Shown here: piece after piece, positions 35,206 through 45,491 of the stretch
Layout of the letters: the number at the start of each line of letters is the position of its first letter
How positions within the stretch are numbered: the first letter of the stretch is position 1
Virus record (IMG/VR): IMGVR_UViG_3300032249_000628
Coordinates: 6,970 to 70,969 of that record
Origin: a virus
Strand: one strand, 5' to 3'
DNA length: 64,000 nt
Notes under the pieces: model-generated
Told to the model about the DNA's origin: nothing
Seen by the model: only the letters and a program-made list of their open reading frames with translations
Databases searched by the model: none
Made by a program: the position numbers and the translations under genes

Positions 35206-35942
35206 TGATCCCAAGCTCCTATCATATTTGAGAAATAATTGTTACCCATATAATAATCTCTTTCAAACCCAGCGGATTGTAAGAATGGATTTAACGTCGA
35301 TCCTATATCTAGATAAGTATTATTCTCATTAGCCTCTGTTAGTCTATGACATAATATATTACCAAAAGGGCCACAGCAAAACAGAAAAATCATGTTCTTG
35401 AATGCTTTTTCACGAACAAGCCAAGTCAATTCTTGAACCAAATCCCAATCTTCTTTCCAAGCATTGTTCTTAACTGGAACTGTTATATATGGAGTAAATG
35501 GCAGATTATCAGTCTTAGCGTTTTCATTGCATACCAAAATAACTGGTCTGGTATTATAAAGAGGGACTATATTATCGACGTAGTATCTATAATTTGAATT
35601 TACCCAAATATCAGCCCAAGTTAAATGATCTTCGTTTTGCCCACTTAACCCCTTCATTTCTTTATGAGTTTTTAATCCAAAAACATTAACGCATGTTACT
35701 CCAACAAAATACCTAGGATTTTTATATTGAAAAGCTGCGATTAGTTCTTGTCGTTTTAATTGATCTTGTTGATCATTTGGATCAAACCAAAACTCTTTGT
35801 TATTAAGTTGGTTATTGGTCATGACTGCCCATTCACCATCACAGAACTTAGAAAAACTTATATTTTCACCGTTCTCTAAAGCCTGCTTTAGAATCTTTAT
35901 ATCTTCTTTGAAGCTTTTATTTGGTGGAGTCGTGAACTTCAT
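35202..35942 (-). CDS. Putative GT-D-fold (DUF1792-like) glycosyltransferase
   Basis: ISFSKFCDGE resembles the RFGDGE motif; LFCCGP and YLDIGS near the C-terminus; GT cluster context. Confidence 0.55.
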   Translation of the reverse strand: MKFTTPPNKSFKEDIKILKQALENGENISFSKFCDGEWAVMTNNQLNNKEFWFDPNDQQDQLKRQELIAAFQYKNPRYFVGVTCVNVFGLKTHKEMKGLSGQNEDHLTWADIWVNSNYRYYVDNIVPLYNTRPVILVCNENAKTDNLPFTPYITVPVKNNAWKEDWDLVQELTWLVREKAFKNMIFLFCCGPFGNILCHRLTEANENNTYLDIGSTLNPFLQSAGFERDYYMGNNYFSNMIGAWDQ

Positions 35943-36711
35943 TTTCTTTCTCCTGCTCCGTTTCTTCTGCTACTATAGGATAGCCCATCTGTCTAACAAA
36001 ATTCCAATATCTATTCATGCCTATATTAGCATTATAATCCATAGAAATTGCAACTGGCTCTTCACCATATCTGATAGCTGTATCTGGCATCGATCCCCAT
36101 AAGTCCTTATCATTTTTTGGATGAGGAGGCACATAAGTATTTAATCCGAAATGTTTCTTAACGGCGTATGAAAGATGGGTATCTTCTCCGTATCTCATTG
36201 GAGAAACTTCTGGCATTTCTGCCCAAAACGCTCTTAGCCAAGTTTTTTCAAAAAACCAAGAGTGACACCCCATATCAACCCTAACCGTAGTTTCATTTGG
36301 GTTGCACCATCCTATAGCCGTATAGCTCTCTGGTGCTGGATAAGAAAGATCGTATCCGGCATTGGCTAAAACTCCCCGTGTGCTTAAAACCCCATAATGA
36401 GTTTGCATTGTTGTCAAACAATTTTCTAGCCACTTTTTTCCGGGTATTGTATCATCATCCATTACGCAAACATACTTTGTTCTAGCATTGAGAGCCATCA
36501 CAAATCTGCCCCAGCTTCCATAATCACTATTAGCTATAACAGAATGACACTCATTAATAATATTTTGATCAAAATCTAGGCTAAGTTTATCTGTTAAATT
36601 TACCCATAGCATTATTTCAAAATCTTGAACCGTTTGCTCCTTTAGTGCAGCATATTGTTCTTTTAGAGTGTGCGGTCTTTTGAATCCGTTTAATACAACT
36701 GTAATACTCAT
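35917..36711 (-). CDS. GT-A fold glycosyltransferase (GT2-like)
   Basis: ITVVLNGFKRP, NSDYGSWGRF, YVCVMDDD (DxD motif), GEDTHLS. Confidence 0.85.
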   Translation of the reverse strand: MSITVVLNGFKRPHTLKEQYAALKEQTVQDFEIMLWVNLTDKLSLDFDQNIINECHSVIANSDYGSWGRFVMALNARTKYVCVMDDDTIPGKKWLENCLTTMQTHYGVLSTRGVLANAGYDLSYPAPESYTAIGWCNPNETTVRVDMGCHSWFFEKTWLRAFWAEMPEVSPMRYGEDTHLSYAVKKHFGLNTYVPPHPKNDKDLWGSMPDTAIRYGEEPVAISMDYNANIGMNRYWNFVRQMGYPIVAEETEQEKENEVHDSTK

Positions 36712-37574
36712 GATATTCCTCCAATTAATTTGTCTATTTTATTTAGATATTCACTTGAAGGTAATTGTGAGAGTATAGACTTGACTCTATGAAAACAGGT
36801 GTGCCTATCAAGTAGTTTTGTTCTCAATTCTGACTTATCCGAATTTGGATCGCATATATCTACTTCTGTTCTGAATATTTTTTTAATTTTATCCGAAACC
36901 ATTTGTCTGAGTTGTTTGTCATCAATATCATATCCCACAGATTTTCCATAATAAATAGCATCATATAAAATTTGAGGCACCGTTGATCCAAAGCTTCTAA
37001 AAATGAGTAGGTCATAATTGCTATAAATATTAGATAATTGATTTATTGGCAGCAGTATATCAACATCGTTTTCTAGATTTTTGTTATACGATATTGTATG
37101 ATACGGACAGTCAAAATGCTTTATATGATCTTTGGATAAAACTATTTGTCCGACTTTTATAGAATATGGCAAGTTACCCTTGCTTAAAAATAAATCTGCT
37201 CCAAATCCTATTTTTGCTAGTCGAGCTTCAGATTTGATTTCCGACTCATCGCTATTAGTGAATAGGAAAGCTACAGGCACTTCGTGTTCTTTTAGTATTC
37301 TTTCCGTGTTATCCACTACTTGTTGATTAGCTCCGGTGATATTGATAATAAGTTGAATTCCACCATTCTCTTTGATATAAGAGATCACATCGGACATAAT
37401 GCTTGTGATGTGGGTTATGTAGTAATTTGGCTTAACTGTATCGAATATATCATAAGCACTCACTTTCGATGGATTCCAAAGAACCGACTTGCACCCTATG
37501 TCTCTTAAAGTGGCATCAATATACATAGGTTCAGTGTGCGTGAGTGATGAATAATTACCAATAATAAAATTCAT
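36708..37574 (-). CDS. Degenerate GT-B (CgeB-like) glycosyltransferase homologue
   Basis: C-terminal HTCFHRVKSIL matches the HT..HR…IL ending of CgeB-type GTs; also LSNIYSNYD and LYDAIYYG. The canonical acidic motif is weak. Confidence 0.45.
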   Translation of the reverse strand: MNFIIGNYSSLTHTEPMYIDATLRDIGCKSVLWNPSKVSAYDIFDTVKPNYYITHITSIMSDVISYIKENGGIQLIINITGANQQVVDNTERILKEHEVPVAFLFTNSDESEIKSEARLAKIGFGADLFLSKGNLPYSIKVGQIVLSKDHIKHFDCPYHTISYNKNLENDVDILLPINQLSNIYSNYDLLIFRSFGSTVPQILYDAIYYGKSVGYDIDDKQLRQMVSDKIKKIFRTEVDICDPNSDKSELRTKLLDRHTCFHRVKSILSQLPSSEYLNKIDKLIGGIS

Positions 37575-38317
37575 ATATTTTCCTTTATAGCATGATATGT
37601 TTTAATGTTGCTTATTTTTTGAAGCTTATGTTTATTTGGTATGCACTTTATCCTGTGTTTGGTTTTGAGTAGTTCATTTAGTGCTTCAAATAAAAATTTA
37701 CTTTTGTTATCCTGAGACACTATTATTTTTCTAAATAATTCTACTGTCTCAAAGTTATGCAAGTATAATATTTCTGACCATATTGTTCTTGCTCCAAAAG
37801 AAAAATACTCTGCATCATGCTTCTCGTTTATATTTATTCCTATTTCTAAATTTTCAGAAGGATTGGTTTCTGTCAAGACGCATGTTTCGTCATTTTTGAT
37901 CAAAGATAGACTCTTATTATTTAATAGTAGATTACCATCACAAATCAATACCTTATCGTTCAGAGTATTATTAAGTGCTATTCTAGCACTCTCACAAGAG
38001 TTGCAACTATTAAACATTTGATTCTCTACTATTCTTATATTGACCTTATTATGATATGTACGGATATATTTACATATTTTTTCTGTATCGAAGCCTACGC
38101 ACAAAATAATCTCATTATTGAGAAAAGTCTGCTGTATAGCCTGTATCTGAAGATCAATCAATCTTTTCTTTGCTATACTTATTAGCGGTAAAGGTCCATA
38201 AGATTTCATTCTATACCCCGGAGAATCGCACAGCAAGATAACCGTCATCAACTCAGAAGTTGGCTTGGGTAAAAATCCAGCTTTTGGTGATGTAATGCAT
38301 TTCGTTTTCATAATCAA
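37571..38317 (-). CDS. Sugar-phosphate nucleotidyltransferase homologue, degenerate
   Basis: VILLCDSPGYRMKSYGPLPLI corresponds to the (A)AGxGxR…PK motif but is altered; also CVGF, ENQMF, NSCES, and ICDGN in place of GD. Confidence 0.65.
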   Translation of the reverse strand: MIMKTKCITSPKAGFLPKPTSELMTVILLCDSPGYRMKSYGPLPLISIAKKRLIDLQIQAIQQTFLNNEIILCVGFDTEKICKYIRTYHNKVNIRIVENQMFNSCNSCESARIALNNTLNDKVLICDGNLLLNNKSLSLIKNDETCVLTETNPSENLEIGININEKHDAEYFSFGARTIWSEILYLHNFETVELFRKIIVSQDNKSKFLFEALNELLKTKHRIKCIPNKHKLQKISNIKTYHAIKENI

Positions 38318-39045
38318 ATATCTATATACATGCCTATGTTTTTTGCAGTGTTAACAATATCGTCTATATTGTTTTTATAATTATCGATTTGGCTATTGGC
38401 ATAATTCATTCTATATGCCATATTAGAAATTACCAAAACTTCGCCACATTTAGCGATTATAAACTTTTCCAGATTTTGATTAACTAAATCATTCAGCTTA
38501 TTTAAGTTTGCAAAATCAAAATCGCCGGAAACAACCATATGGCAGTTTCTTTTGGACTTTAATACAAATTCATGTAGAAATTGCTTGGATTCTAAACAAG
38601 CAGAAATTTTGATAGTCTTATTGCGAGAATATATGTCTAGAACCATAGACTTTACATTCGATGGCGAAACGTAATTGTGAAATAAATTAATGTTAGTTTT
38701 ATTCTTGTAATATTCTATTTTGGGAATAGTATCAATTAGATAATTTCTAAATTCCTCTGACATTTCATTGCAATCAATCATAATATCAAAATTAAGCGTA
38801 GATTCTTCCATAGCTTTATCCAAATTTTGTACGCCGCCATTCCAAGTTAATGGCCTGTACAGATTACAAAATTTATTCACAACATAGAACTCTTTTTCAT
38901 TATCATAAGCTTCGATAATGTCTGTTTTATCAAATTTGTCTATCCTGTTGGCAAAACATCCAACTTGAGTTAATCCGCTATATATTGCGAAAATACAGTT
39001 TTTGCAACTAGTTTGAAGCCTGCGATCTTGTGACTGAAATTTCAT
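38314..39045 (-). CDS. Hypothetical protein with a Cys-rich N-terminus, in the GT cluster
   Basis: SCKNCIFA…GC…FCNLYR; coupled by overlaps on both sides. Confidence 0.55.
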   Translation of the reverse strand: MKFQSQDRRLQTSCKNCIFAIYSGLTQVGCFANRIDKFDKTDIIEAYDNEKEFYVVNKFCNLYRPLTWNGGVQNLDKAMEESTLNFDIMIDCNEMSEEFRNYLIDTIPKIEYYKNKTNINLFHNYVSPSNVKSMVLDIYSRNKTIKISACLESKQFLHEFVLKSKRNCHMVVSGDFDFANLNKLNDLVNQNLEKFIIAKCGEVLVISNMAYRMNYANSQIDNYKNNIDDIVNTAKNIGMYIDI

Positions 39046-39436
39046 AATTATATCCCTTGATTGATGATTTGTTGATTGTCAAGTTTTTATTCTGTAGCAA
39101 TGAAATTATATCACTTACATTGTATATTCCACGCTTAGAAAAGATTAGTTCATTATATTTCTGAGTATTTAAATTACCCAGTAAAATATCTCTAGACACG
39201 ATGGACAATTCAGTACCGCCAATCACTAGTTCGCTATTAAATCTCATCCTGCTTTTAACATCTTCTAGAAACGTGTCTATAAATTGGACAGGGATACTAT
39301 CTAGAGCATCGGTAGCTAAAATAGATTGAGCAGCATTATTTGGAATTTGTCCCAAATCTACTTTCCCGTATATAATAGGGATCATCACATATCCCTCTAT
39401 AACCTTGTCAATATTCTCAGTAATATAAACTTTCAT
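39008..39436 (-). CDS. Truncated or degenerate SAM-methyltransferase-like protein
   Basis: IPNNAAQSILATDALDSI…LEDVKSRMRFNSELVI parallels the D.I…LEH…L..GG.L.I core of class I MTases; no GxG motif. Confidence 0.4.
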   Translation of the reverse strand: MKVYITENIDKVIEGYVMIPIIYGKVDLGQIPNNAAQSILATDALDSIPVQFIDTFLEDVKSRMRFNSELVIGGTELSIVSRDILLGNLNTQKYNELIFSKRGIYNVSDIISLLQNKNLTINKSSIKGYNYEISVTRSQASN

Positions 39437-40431
39437 CTTATTGAAACCTCATAAGTTATATCGAAAATTTCATTCCACTTTTTAATAAATGTATCCTCTG
39501 AAAAACGCTCTAATATAGTTTTTCTAGCATTTTCTCCAAGAGTTTTTTGTAAATCTTTGTCTTTGAGAACTTTCTTCAAATAGATTTGTAATTCTTTTTC
39601 GTCATTTGAAATAAACCCATTTACTCCATTTTGAATAATTTCTGGTATCATACATGTAGCAGTCGAAACTACAGCACACCCACAACTCATAGCTTCTAGT
39701 AAAGACGTTGGAATAGGGCTTAAAGTTGAGCTATTGAAATATACTCCACACGAATTATATTCTTGTACTAATTCTTCTGTGGATGATGCTGACTTCGATA
39801 AACCCTTAGTATCTCCAACGAGTTTTGTTTTGAATGTATCAGTAACCCTTTGCCAGCCACTGTAATTGAGGCAATAGTCTCTATTTACAAAATCATTTGC
39901 TACAGTTAGAACATAGTCTTGCTTTTGTTCTTCATTTGGTTTAAATGTTTCAGAATCTATACCATGATGGACTACCATAGAATTATATTTTATATTCCAA
40001 GCTTCCATAGAAAATTTGGATATAAATATATTGATATGTCCCACCATCTTTGTCATTGCTTCTATATTTTCTTTACTAAGTGTTTGCGGGGTTGGTAAGG
40101 TATGTTCTAGACATATAATTGGAATATTTAACCTTTGATTTATTTGCTGTGCAGCTTGATACTGCCAATACTTACTTTGTACCAATATAAAATCATATCC
40201 AATAAAATCGCATATATTTGATTCTGGAAGGATATAATAATTAGATGGGGTGGGTAATTGTAAAGAATTCCACTTTTTCAGATTTGGCAAGTGAAATGAA
40301 TAAAAATTATGTCCAGTTTTGCAAAGTTGAGTTTCATACCTTTCGTGAGTTGGGAAGGTAAGTATATTATATTGCTCTGGTTTTGTTTTATTAGCTATAC
40401 TAATCAATCTTTCTACGGAATTATTAATCAT
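39433..40431 (-). CDS. GT-B glycosyltransferase (GT4-like)
   Basis: HHGIDSETFKP, SPIPTSLLEAMSCGCAVVS, EIIQNGVNGFI. Confidence 0.9.
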   Translation of the reverse strand: MINNSVERLISIANKTKPEQYNILTFPTHERYETQLCKTGHNFYSFHLPNLKKWNSLQLPTPSNYYILPESNICDFIGYDFILVQSKYWQYQAAQQINQRLNIPIICLEHTLPTPQTLSKENIEAMTKMVGHINIFISKFSMEAWNIKYNSMVVHHGIDSETFKPNEEQKQDYVLTVANDFVNRDYCLNYSGWQRVTDTFKTKLVGDTKGLSKSASSTEELVQEYNSCGVYFNSSTLSPIPTSLLEAMSCGCAVVSTATCMIPEIIQNGVNGFISNDEKELQIYLKKVLKDKDLQKTLGENARKTILERFSEDTFIKKWNEIFDITYEVSIR

Positions 40432-41539
40432 TTAGAGCATCCTTCATTTTTTGTCCGATTTTATCATAAGAGAATTTAACGGCTTGTTTTATTCCAGCCT
40501 GTCTATCTATAGAATCGCCCTTCTCATAATAGAATCTCATAGCTTTTTTGATTTCTTGCTCACTAGGAGTAAACCATTCTTCTCTTCCAGTAAATAAATT
40601 TGGAAAAGCCGGATCAGAGTGATTACAAACAGAGTATACTCCGTTTACCAACCACCCAGTATCTGTATTATTTTCGTCTATAAATTCTCTAGGACCACCC
40701 TCTTTACTACATATTGGGGTTTTTCCAAAACACATAGCATCAAATGCTGGGATAGACCACCCTTCTCCGTGAGATGGGGCTACAAAACAATCACAAGATT
40801 TATGGATAGATAATATCTGATCATCTGTTAGATCATCACAGATAATGAGTTCTTTATGATATTGATTTATATCACTATATATTCTTAGTTCTTTTTTAAT
40901 AGTAGAACAAATATTAGTAACATGTTGAAATAAGTCTTTGCCATTGATTCCAAACTTTTTGACTTTTAATATCAAGCTAACCGGTTCAAAGTGATGAAAT
41001 TCGCTATGAAAACATCTGATAATAGACTCTATATTTTTTCTATCATTTAGATCGCCTATGTAGTAAAATTTAAACTTATGATTACTTGGTCCAAAATTAA
41101 TGCTATTTTTTGTAGCCTCATATTTGTTTAAGTCAGAAGCGTATGGTATTACTTTTACAGTCTTTACTCCGTCATTAATCAAAGACTCTTTTAGAGACTC
41201 GTTAGGAACCCAAACCTCGTCCACTATTTTGAGATTAGTTATCCAGTTATTATATCTTAGTGTGTTGGATTCCCCTACATAATATGCAATGTTTTTCTTA
41301 AATTTCTGCGTACCAACAATATGGTGAGGTAAAACATTTTGTATACAAAAATCTATGTTTTGCAACGATTTGTTTTCTAGAGATAAAATTCTTTTGTCAA
41401 TTTCTGGTTGATAATTAGTTAGCTTTATATTTCTAGCAACAATATCTATTCCAGCAGAGCTTGCTGCAAGTAAAGAATTTATAGCCGCATGTGACCAGCC
41501 ACTGCCTTCTTTGTAATGTCCTATAAATAATGTTTTCAT
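40424..41539 (-). CDS. GT-B glycosyltransferase (GT4-like)
   Basis: SGWSHAA, RKNI, SHGEGWSIPAFDAMCFGKTPI. Confidence 0.9.
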   Translation of the reverse strand: MKTLFIGHYKEGSGWSHAAINSLLAASSAGIDIVARNIKLTNYQPEIDKRILSLENKSLQNIDFCIQNVLPHHIVGTQKFKKNIAYYVGESNTLRYNNWITNLKIVDEVWVPNESLKESLINDGVKTVKVIPYASDLNKYEATKNSINFGPSNHKFKFYYIGDLNDRKNIESIIRCFHSEFHHFEPVSLILKVKKFGINGKDLFQHVTNICSTIKKELRIYSDINQYHKELIICDDLTDDQILSIHKSCDCFVAPSHGEGWSIPAFDAMCFGKTPICSKEGGPREFIDENNTDTGWLVNGVYSVCNHSDPAFPNLFTGREEWFTPSEQEIKKAMRFYYEKGDSIDRQAGIKQAVKFSYDKIGQKMKDALND

Positions 41540-43197
41540 ATAAGTCTAAATGCCTCTGCTCTTTTTTGTTCCCAAAAATTTCTTCTGTTGCATAACCCTG
41601 CCATTTGTTGATAAGCTATATTAAAATCAAACGGCATTCTCCCCTGTTTACCATCAAAGGCGGCTGAACTCTCGTTAAAATACATACCTCCTGTCGTGGA
41701 AGTAGTGGCTTTGTACATCAAGTCTCTGACTAATCGCGCTTCCATAAAACTGTTGATTTTATCTGGTTCGCAAAGCACCTTTGTTATTAACCATCTAGCT
41801 AAGTCTTGGTGACTAGCATTTGGTGGTAATGTTTCTGGTTTTGGTTCTGGCTTAAAAATACGCAGAGGGGATTTCCATGTTAAGTCTTCTGGTAATATAT
41901 TAACACTGTCGAAATAATCTTCCCAAGCTTTTCCGCTTTGATTCCACTGATAATGTTTTAGAAATGCTTGTCTAGTTTCAAAGCCCATCTTTTTTCTCAT
42001 ACTAATAGGCTGATTAAAGAATTCTATTAATTTTTGTGCTGCTAATTCGTTATCTGGAACTGCTCTTAGACATCCTGTTTCTAGTTCTTTGTATAGAGCT
42101 TTTGGCTTTATTGGTATTCCTCCAAGATTTCTAACCACGCTTTCCATAGCAGAGTAATCGGTAGCCATAACTGGAATTCCACACGCTGCCGCTTCCACTT
42201 GTGGCAAACCGAATCCTTCACAATTAGCATACTGAACATATATGTCAAACAGATTTATTATCTTGGATAAATCCTCATACTCTACCCCATTCTTTACATT
42301 AGATAGAGAGGCACCATATTGTCCAGTATATGGTGACTGTGCTACCGCCCCCTTGAATAAAGACACAAACGGTCTATTGGTTTGGCCGCATATGTATGTA
42401 AACAATACTTTAGAAGATAGCTTGTATTCTTGAAGTAGCTCTGGTATGTCCCACCCCAAATCTGGATAGCTAGTATGACAATACAAATAAAAGTTTGAGT
42501 TGTCATCAACGTTATCAAGCAATATACGAAATGCTTTAAATAGGTCGGGGTATAGTTTTCGCCTCTGATTACGCATTACTGTACCAATAATTTTAGCGTC
42601 TGGATCGATTCCCAATGCGGATCGTAGCCCAGCCCTATCTTCTATTGGAGTATATGCACCGTGGGCCGAAGGTGGTGCTATCCCAAGATATTTAATTTTG
42701 CCACCAGATTGTTCTTTTAATACTTCTCCAGCCCATTCCGAATAAGTTAAACAAGCATCAGCTGATTCATAGGTTGATATCCATTGTCTTGCTTGAGGTT
42801 TTGCATCTACTGTTGGCATAATGCACCATTTAAAGAATTTTCTATATGGTGATCTTTCTGCAAAATCCAACATCCAAAAGTCTCTGATATCACAAACTAT
42901 ATCTGGTTGGAAATCCAAGCAAACGGGTTCAAATATCCACTCACCGAATTGAGCTATAGGATTATTAGCATATTGAGATTTTTCTTCTTCTGATGCATCC
43001 TGCGGAGGAACAACGCCATAAAACTTCCAAGGAATATTGGAGGCTCTACGATCATTTCTCTCGCCATATGATGCTAATTCTGCTAACTCATATTTGCCAG
43101 TACTATGTAAATAGTTTAGTATTTCTCTAGTATATGTGGCGTATCCGGTATTTAAGAATGTAGCTTCGCTACAAAATAGTATTCGTTTTTTTCTCAT
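41536..43197 (-). CDS. GT-B glycosyltransferase (GT4-like) with a C-terminal extension
   Basis: TGYATY, RNQRRK, EGFGLPQVEAAACGIPV. Start moved to the ATG at 43197 (MRKKRILF) to avoid overlapping ssb. Confidence 0.9.
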   Translation of the reverse strand: MRKKRILFCSEATFLNTGYATYTREILNYLHSTGKYELAELASYGERNDRRASNIPWKFYGVVPPQDASEEEKSQYANNPIAQFGEWIFEPVCLDFQPDIVCDIRDFWMLDFAERSPYRKFFKWCIMPTVDAKPQARQWISTYESADACLTYSEWAGEVLKEQSGGKIKYLGIAPPSAHGAYTPIEDRAGLRSALGIDPDAKIIGTVMRNQRRKLYPDLFKAFRILLDNVDDNSNFYLYCHTSYPDLGWDIPELLQEYKLSSKVLFTYICGQTNRPFVSLFKGAVAQSPYTGQYGASLSNVKNGVEYEDLSKIINLFDIYVQYANCEGFGLPQVEAAACGIPVMATDYSAMESVVRNLGGIPIKPKALYKELETGCLRAVPDNELAAQKLIEFFNQPISMRKKMGFETRQAFLKHYQWNQSGKAWEDYFDSVNILPEDLTWKSPLRIFKPEPKPETLPPNASHQDLARWLITKVLCEPDKINSFMEARLVRDLMYKATTSTTGGMYFNESSAAFDGKQGRMPFDFNIAYQQMAGLCNRRNFWEQKRAEAFRLI

Positions 43198-43201
43198 TTT
43201 A

Positions 43202-43513
43202 TCAATCTTCAAAGTCTTGGTGACAAAAATCAAACTCATTGATTCTAAAAATCACAGAGCGATTATCCTTGGATACATTTTTTGCAGAAGCCAAAACATT
43301 TAATTTGGTTCCCTTTGTCGCATACTTTTCTAAGGTTTCAGCACCGGTATGCCAAGCTTCGCAGTAAAGATAGGTTGGTATTCTATTCTTTTCGCCATTT
43401 TTGGTTTTACGATAAGTATAAACTACCATTACAAATTCTGCTTTTACAATATCATCTATGACGGATATTCTTGGATTTTCTACTAAATATCCGGTAAAAG
43501 AACACATATTCAT
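43202..43513 (-). CDS. ssb: Single-stranded DNA-binding protein (short OB-fold)
   Basis: MNMCSFTGYLVENP…YLYCEAW…AETLEKYATKGTKLNV; only a very short acidic tail. Confidence 0.75.
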   Translation of the reverse strand: MNMCSFTGYLVENPRISVIDDIVKAEFVMVVYTYRKTKNGEKNRIPTYLYCEAWHTGAETLEKYATKGTKLNVLASAKNVSKDNRSVIFRINEFDFCHQDFED

Positions 43514-43537
43514 TAGTTTAGTCTCCTTGATCTTAAT

Positions 43538-43546
43538 ATTTTAGCA
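43538..43546 (-). promoter_or_regulatory. Candidate extended -10 promoter (TG-C-TAAAAT) upstream of ssb and the GT cluster
   Basis: TGCTAAAAT in a 54-nt gap, followed by an AAGGAG RBS at 43523-43528; no clear -35. Confidence 0.4.
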
Positions 43547-43567
43547 AGAACATGTTCAAAAAACACA

Positions 43568-45127
43568 CTACACTTCGTGTATTTGATTAACAATGAACGA
43601 ATTATCATTTTCGCCAACAGAGCCACAAAAGATTAGATTATTGCCTTCATATAGAACGTATTTGTATTTATCTTTTACTTTAGGAAATACTATCACGCTA
43701 TCTAACATGCAAGTATCATCCTCTATAGTTAAGAACGCCATCATCTGACCCTGTGATTCACCCTTGGTTATTTTATATTCCGAAATACGCTGCACATTGG
43801 CAACTACGCATAAGTCTTTACCCTTTTTGCCATTTATAATTTCTTTGCAAGTTGTATTGGCCGCTGATGTATCAGAAGTTTCTACCTTTGTCATGCTCAC
43901 CGGACAACCCAAAAACTTTACTTCTTGGTCTATTAACCAGCTTGGCTCGTCCTCTAGATCATATGGTGGATTAATTAAAAGCTGAATTTCATTCTCTATT
44001 GCTTGTTTTCTATCAGCTTTACTTGTGCCGCCACCCTCTTTTTTCGTTGGAGCCAAGTCTGTTAAGCAGTCTACGAATGTTTTCCACTTTTTATCTGAGT
44101 ACTTTTCTTTGATCCAAGTTTGTTCAGCTTTGGTTAAAACTCTATATATCTCGTAATCATATAAAGCCTTATTTCTTGTGATCTTATCTTCAAAATCTCT
44201 AAAAAATCCAACTGATGCTAATGCCTTAAATGCTGTCGAGCTAATCTTTGGGCTTAGATATAGTAATATCTCTAGCCAGTTAAACTTTGTGATGGGCTTA
44301 GATAGTTCAGTTTCTGCTTCTTTAATGGATTCTATTAGCTTGTCGCCCGTCTTGCCCGTCAATGACTTTATATCTTTAATCCCAAAGTAGATTTTACCCT
44401 TAGTAAAATTGAATTTACTAGCATAGTTTGCCAGTGAAGGGGTCTTGACTTGTATATCGAATAGTTTAGCTTCTGAGATTAATTCGTATGTTTCTCTCTG
44501 TGGGTCTTGTTTTTCTATGGCATGATACAAATATGATAAAAAGAATTCTTGGGTATTGTGCGCCTTAAAATAGGCACTCCAATAAGAACATACGGCATAT
44601 GAAACGCTGTGGGATTTATTAAATGCATATCTTGAAGACTTTTCAATCCATCCGAAGATTTGTTCTGCTTCTTCTTTGGTGACTGTATTAACCTTCTGTG
44701 CGCCCTCTATAAAAGACTTTTTAACTTCGTTCATAAGAGCCGCGTTTTTCTTACCAATAGCCTTACGAAGAACGTCAGCCTCTTGAAGATTAAATCCCGC
44801 AATCTTTTGAGCAATACGCATAGATTGTTCTTGATAAACAAGAATACCATACGTTGGCTTTAGTATTTCCTCAAGGGCTGGATGAAGATATGTGACTTCT
44901 TCACGACCGTGTTTTCTATCAACATAGTGCTGTGTCATGCTTTTGCCGTCAACAAAAGCCTTTAGGGTTCCCGGTCTAATAATTGCTATCAAGGCCGACA
45001 ATTCTTCTAAATTAGTTGGTGCTAGCTTTTTAGACCAAGATTTACCAAGGTTACTCTCTAGCTGAAAGATACCCTTAGTTTTTCCTTCTGCAAATAATTG
45101 CCAAGTGGCTTTATCGTTATAATCCAT
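43568..45127 (-). CDS. dnaE: DNA polymerase III alpha, C-terminal part (fingers, HhH, OB-fold)
   Basis: GIFQLES, LIAIIRPG, TYGILVYQEQ, ADVLRKAIGKK, YAFNKSHSVSY, OB-fold MAFLTIED. Confidence 0.93.
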   Translation of the reverse strand: MDYNDKATWQLFAEGKTKGIFQLESNLGKSWSKKLAPTNLEELSALIAIIRPGTLKAFVDGKSMTQHYVDRKHGREEVTYLHPALEEILKPTYGILVYQEQSMRIAQKIAGFNLQEADVLRKAIGKKNAALMNEVKKSFIEGAQKVNTVTKEEAEQIFGWIEKSSRYAFNKSHSVSYAVCSYWSAYFKAHNTQEFFLSYLYHAIEKQDPQRETYELISEAKLFDIQVKTPSLANYASKFNFTKGKIYFGIKDIKSLTGKTGDKLIESIKEAETELSKPITKFNWLEILLYLSPKISSTAFKALASVGFFRDFEDKITRNKALYDYEIYRVLTKAEQTWIKEKYSDKKWKTFVDCLTDLAPTKKEGGGTSKADRKQAIENEIQLLINPPYDLEDEPSWLIDQEVKFLGCPVSMTKVETSDTSAANTTCKEIINGKKGKDLCVVANVQRISEYKITKGESQGQMMAFLTIEDDTCMLDSVIVFPKVKDKYKYVLYEGNNLIFCGSVGENDNSFIVNQIHEV

Positions 45128-45491
45128 TTGTATCTTCCTTTAGTTTATCAACTAGTTCATCAATAGTCATCTTTATAGTATTATTATGTGATTGATTGTT
45201 ATTTTTATGAGTAGCTTCCATGTGACAATTATGACATAATAATCTACACTTTTTAATTTCTGATATCAATTCTTCTGTGCTATGTTTTTTGCCATATAAC
45301 ATAAACATTCCACCAGCACAACTTCTTTTGGAACAACCATTTTTAGTTATTTCAGCTTTTTCAAATCCCGGTAAATGATCAAAACATATCGCTGCTGGGT
45401 GCTTATTGTATCCACAATTAGAACACCCATTAGACAATTTGTATTTATCTATCCAATGTTTTCTGTGTGCTATTGTTTCTTTATTATTCAT
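45117..45491 (-). CDS. Small HNH endonuclease (zinc-binding)
   Basis: CSNCG…FDH…CRLLCHNCH. Confidence 0.75.
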   Translation of the reverse strand: MNNKETIAHRKHWIDKYKLSNGCSNCGYNKHPAAICFDHLPGFEKAEITKNGCSKRSCAGGMFMLYGKKHSTEELISEIKKCRLLCHNCHMEATHKNNNQSHNNTIKMTIDELVDKLKEDTNGL

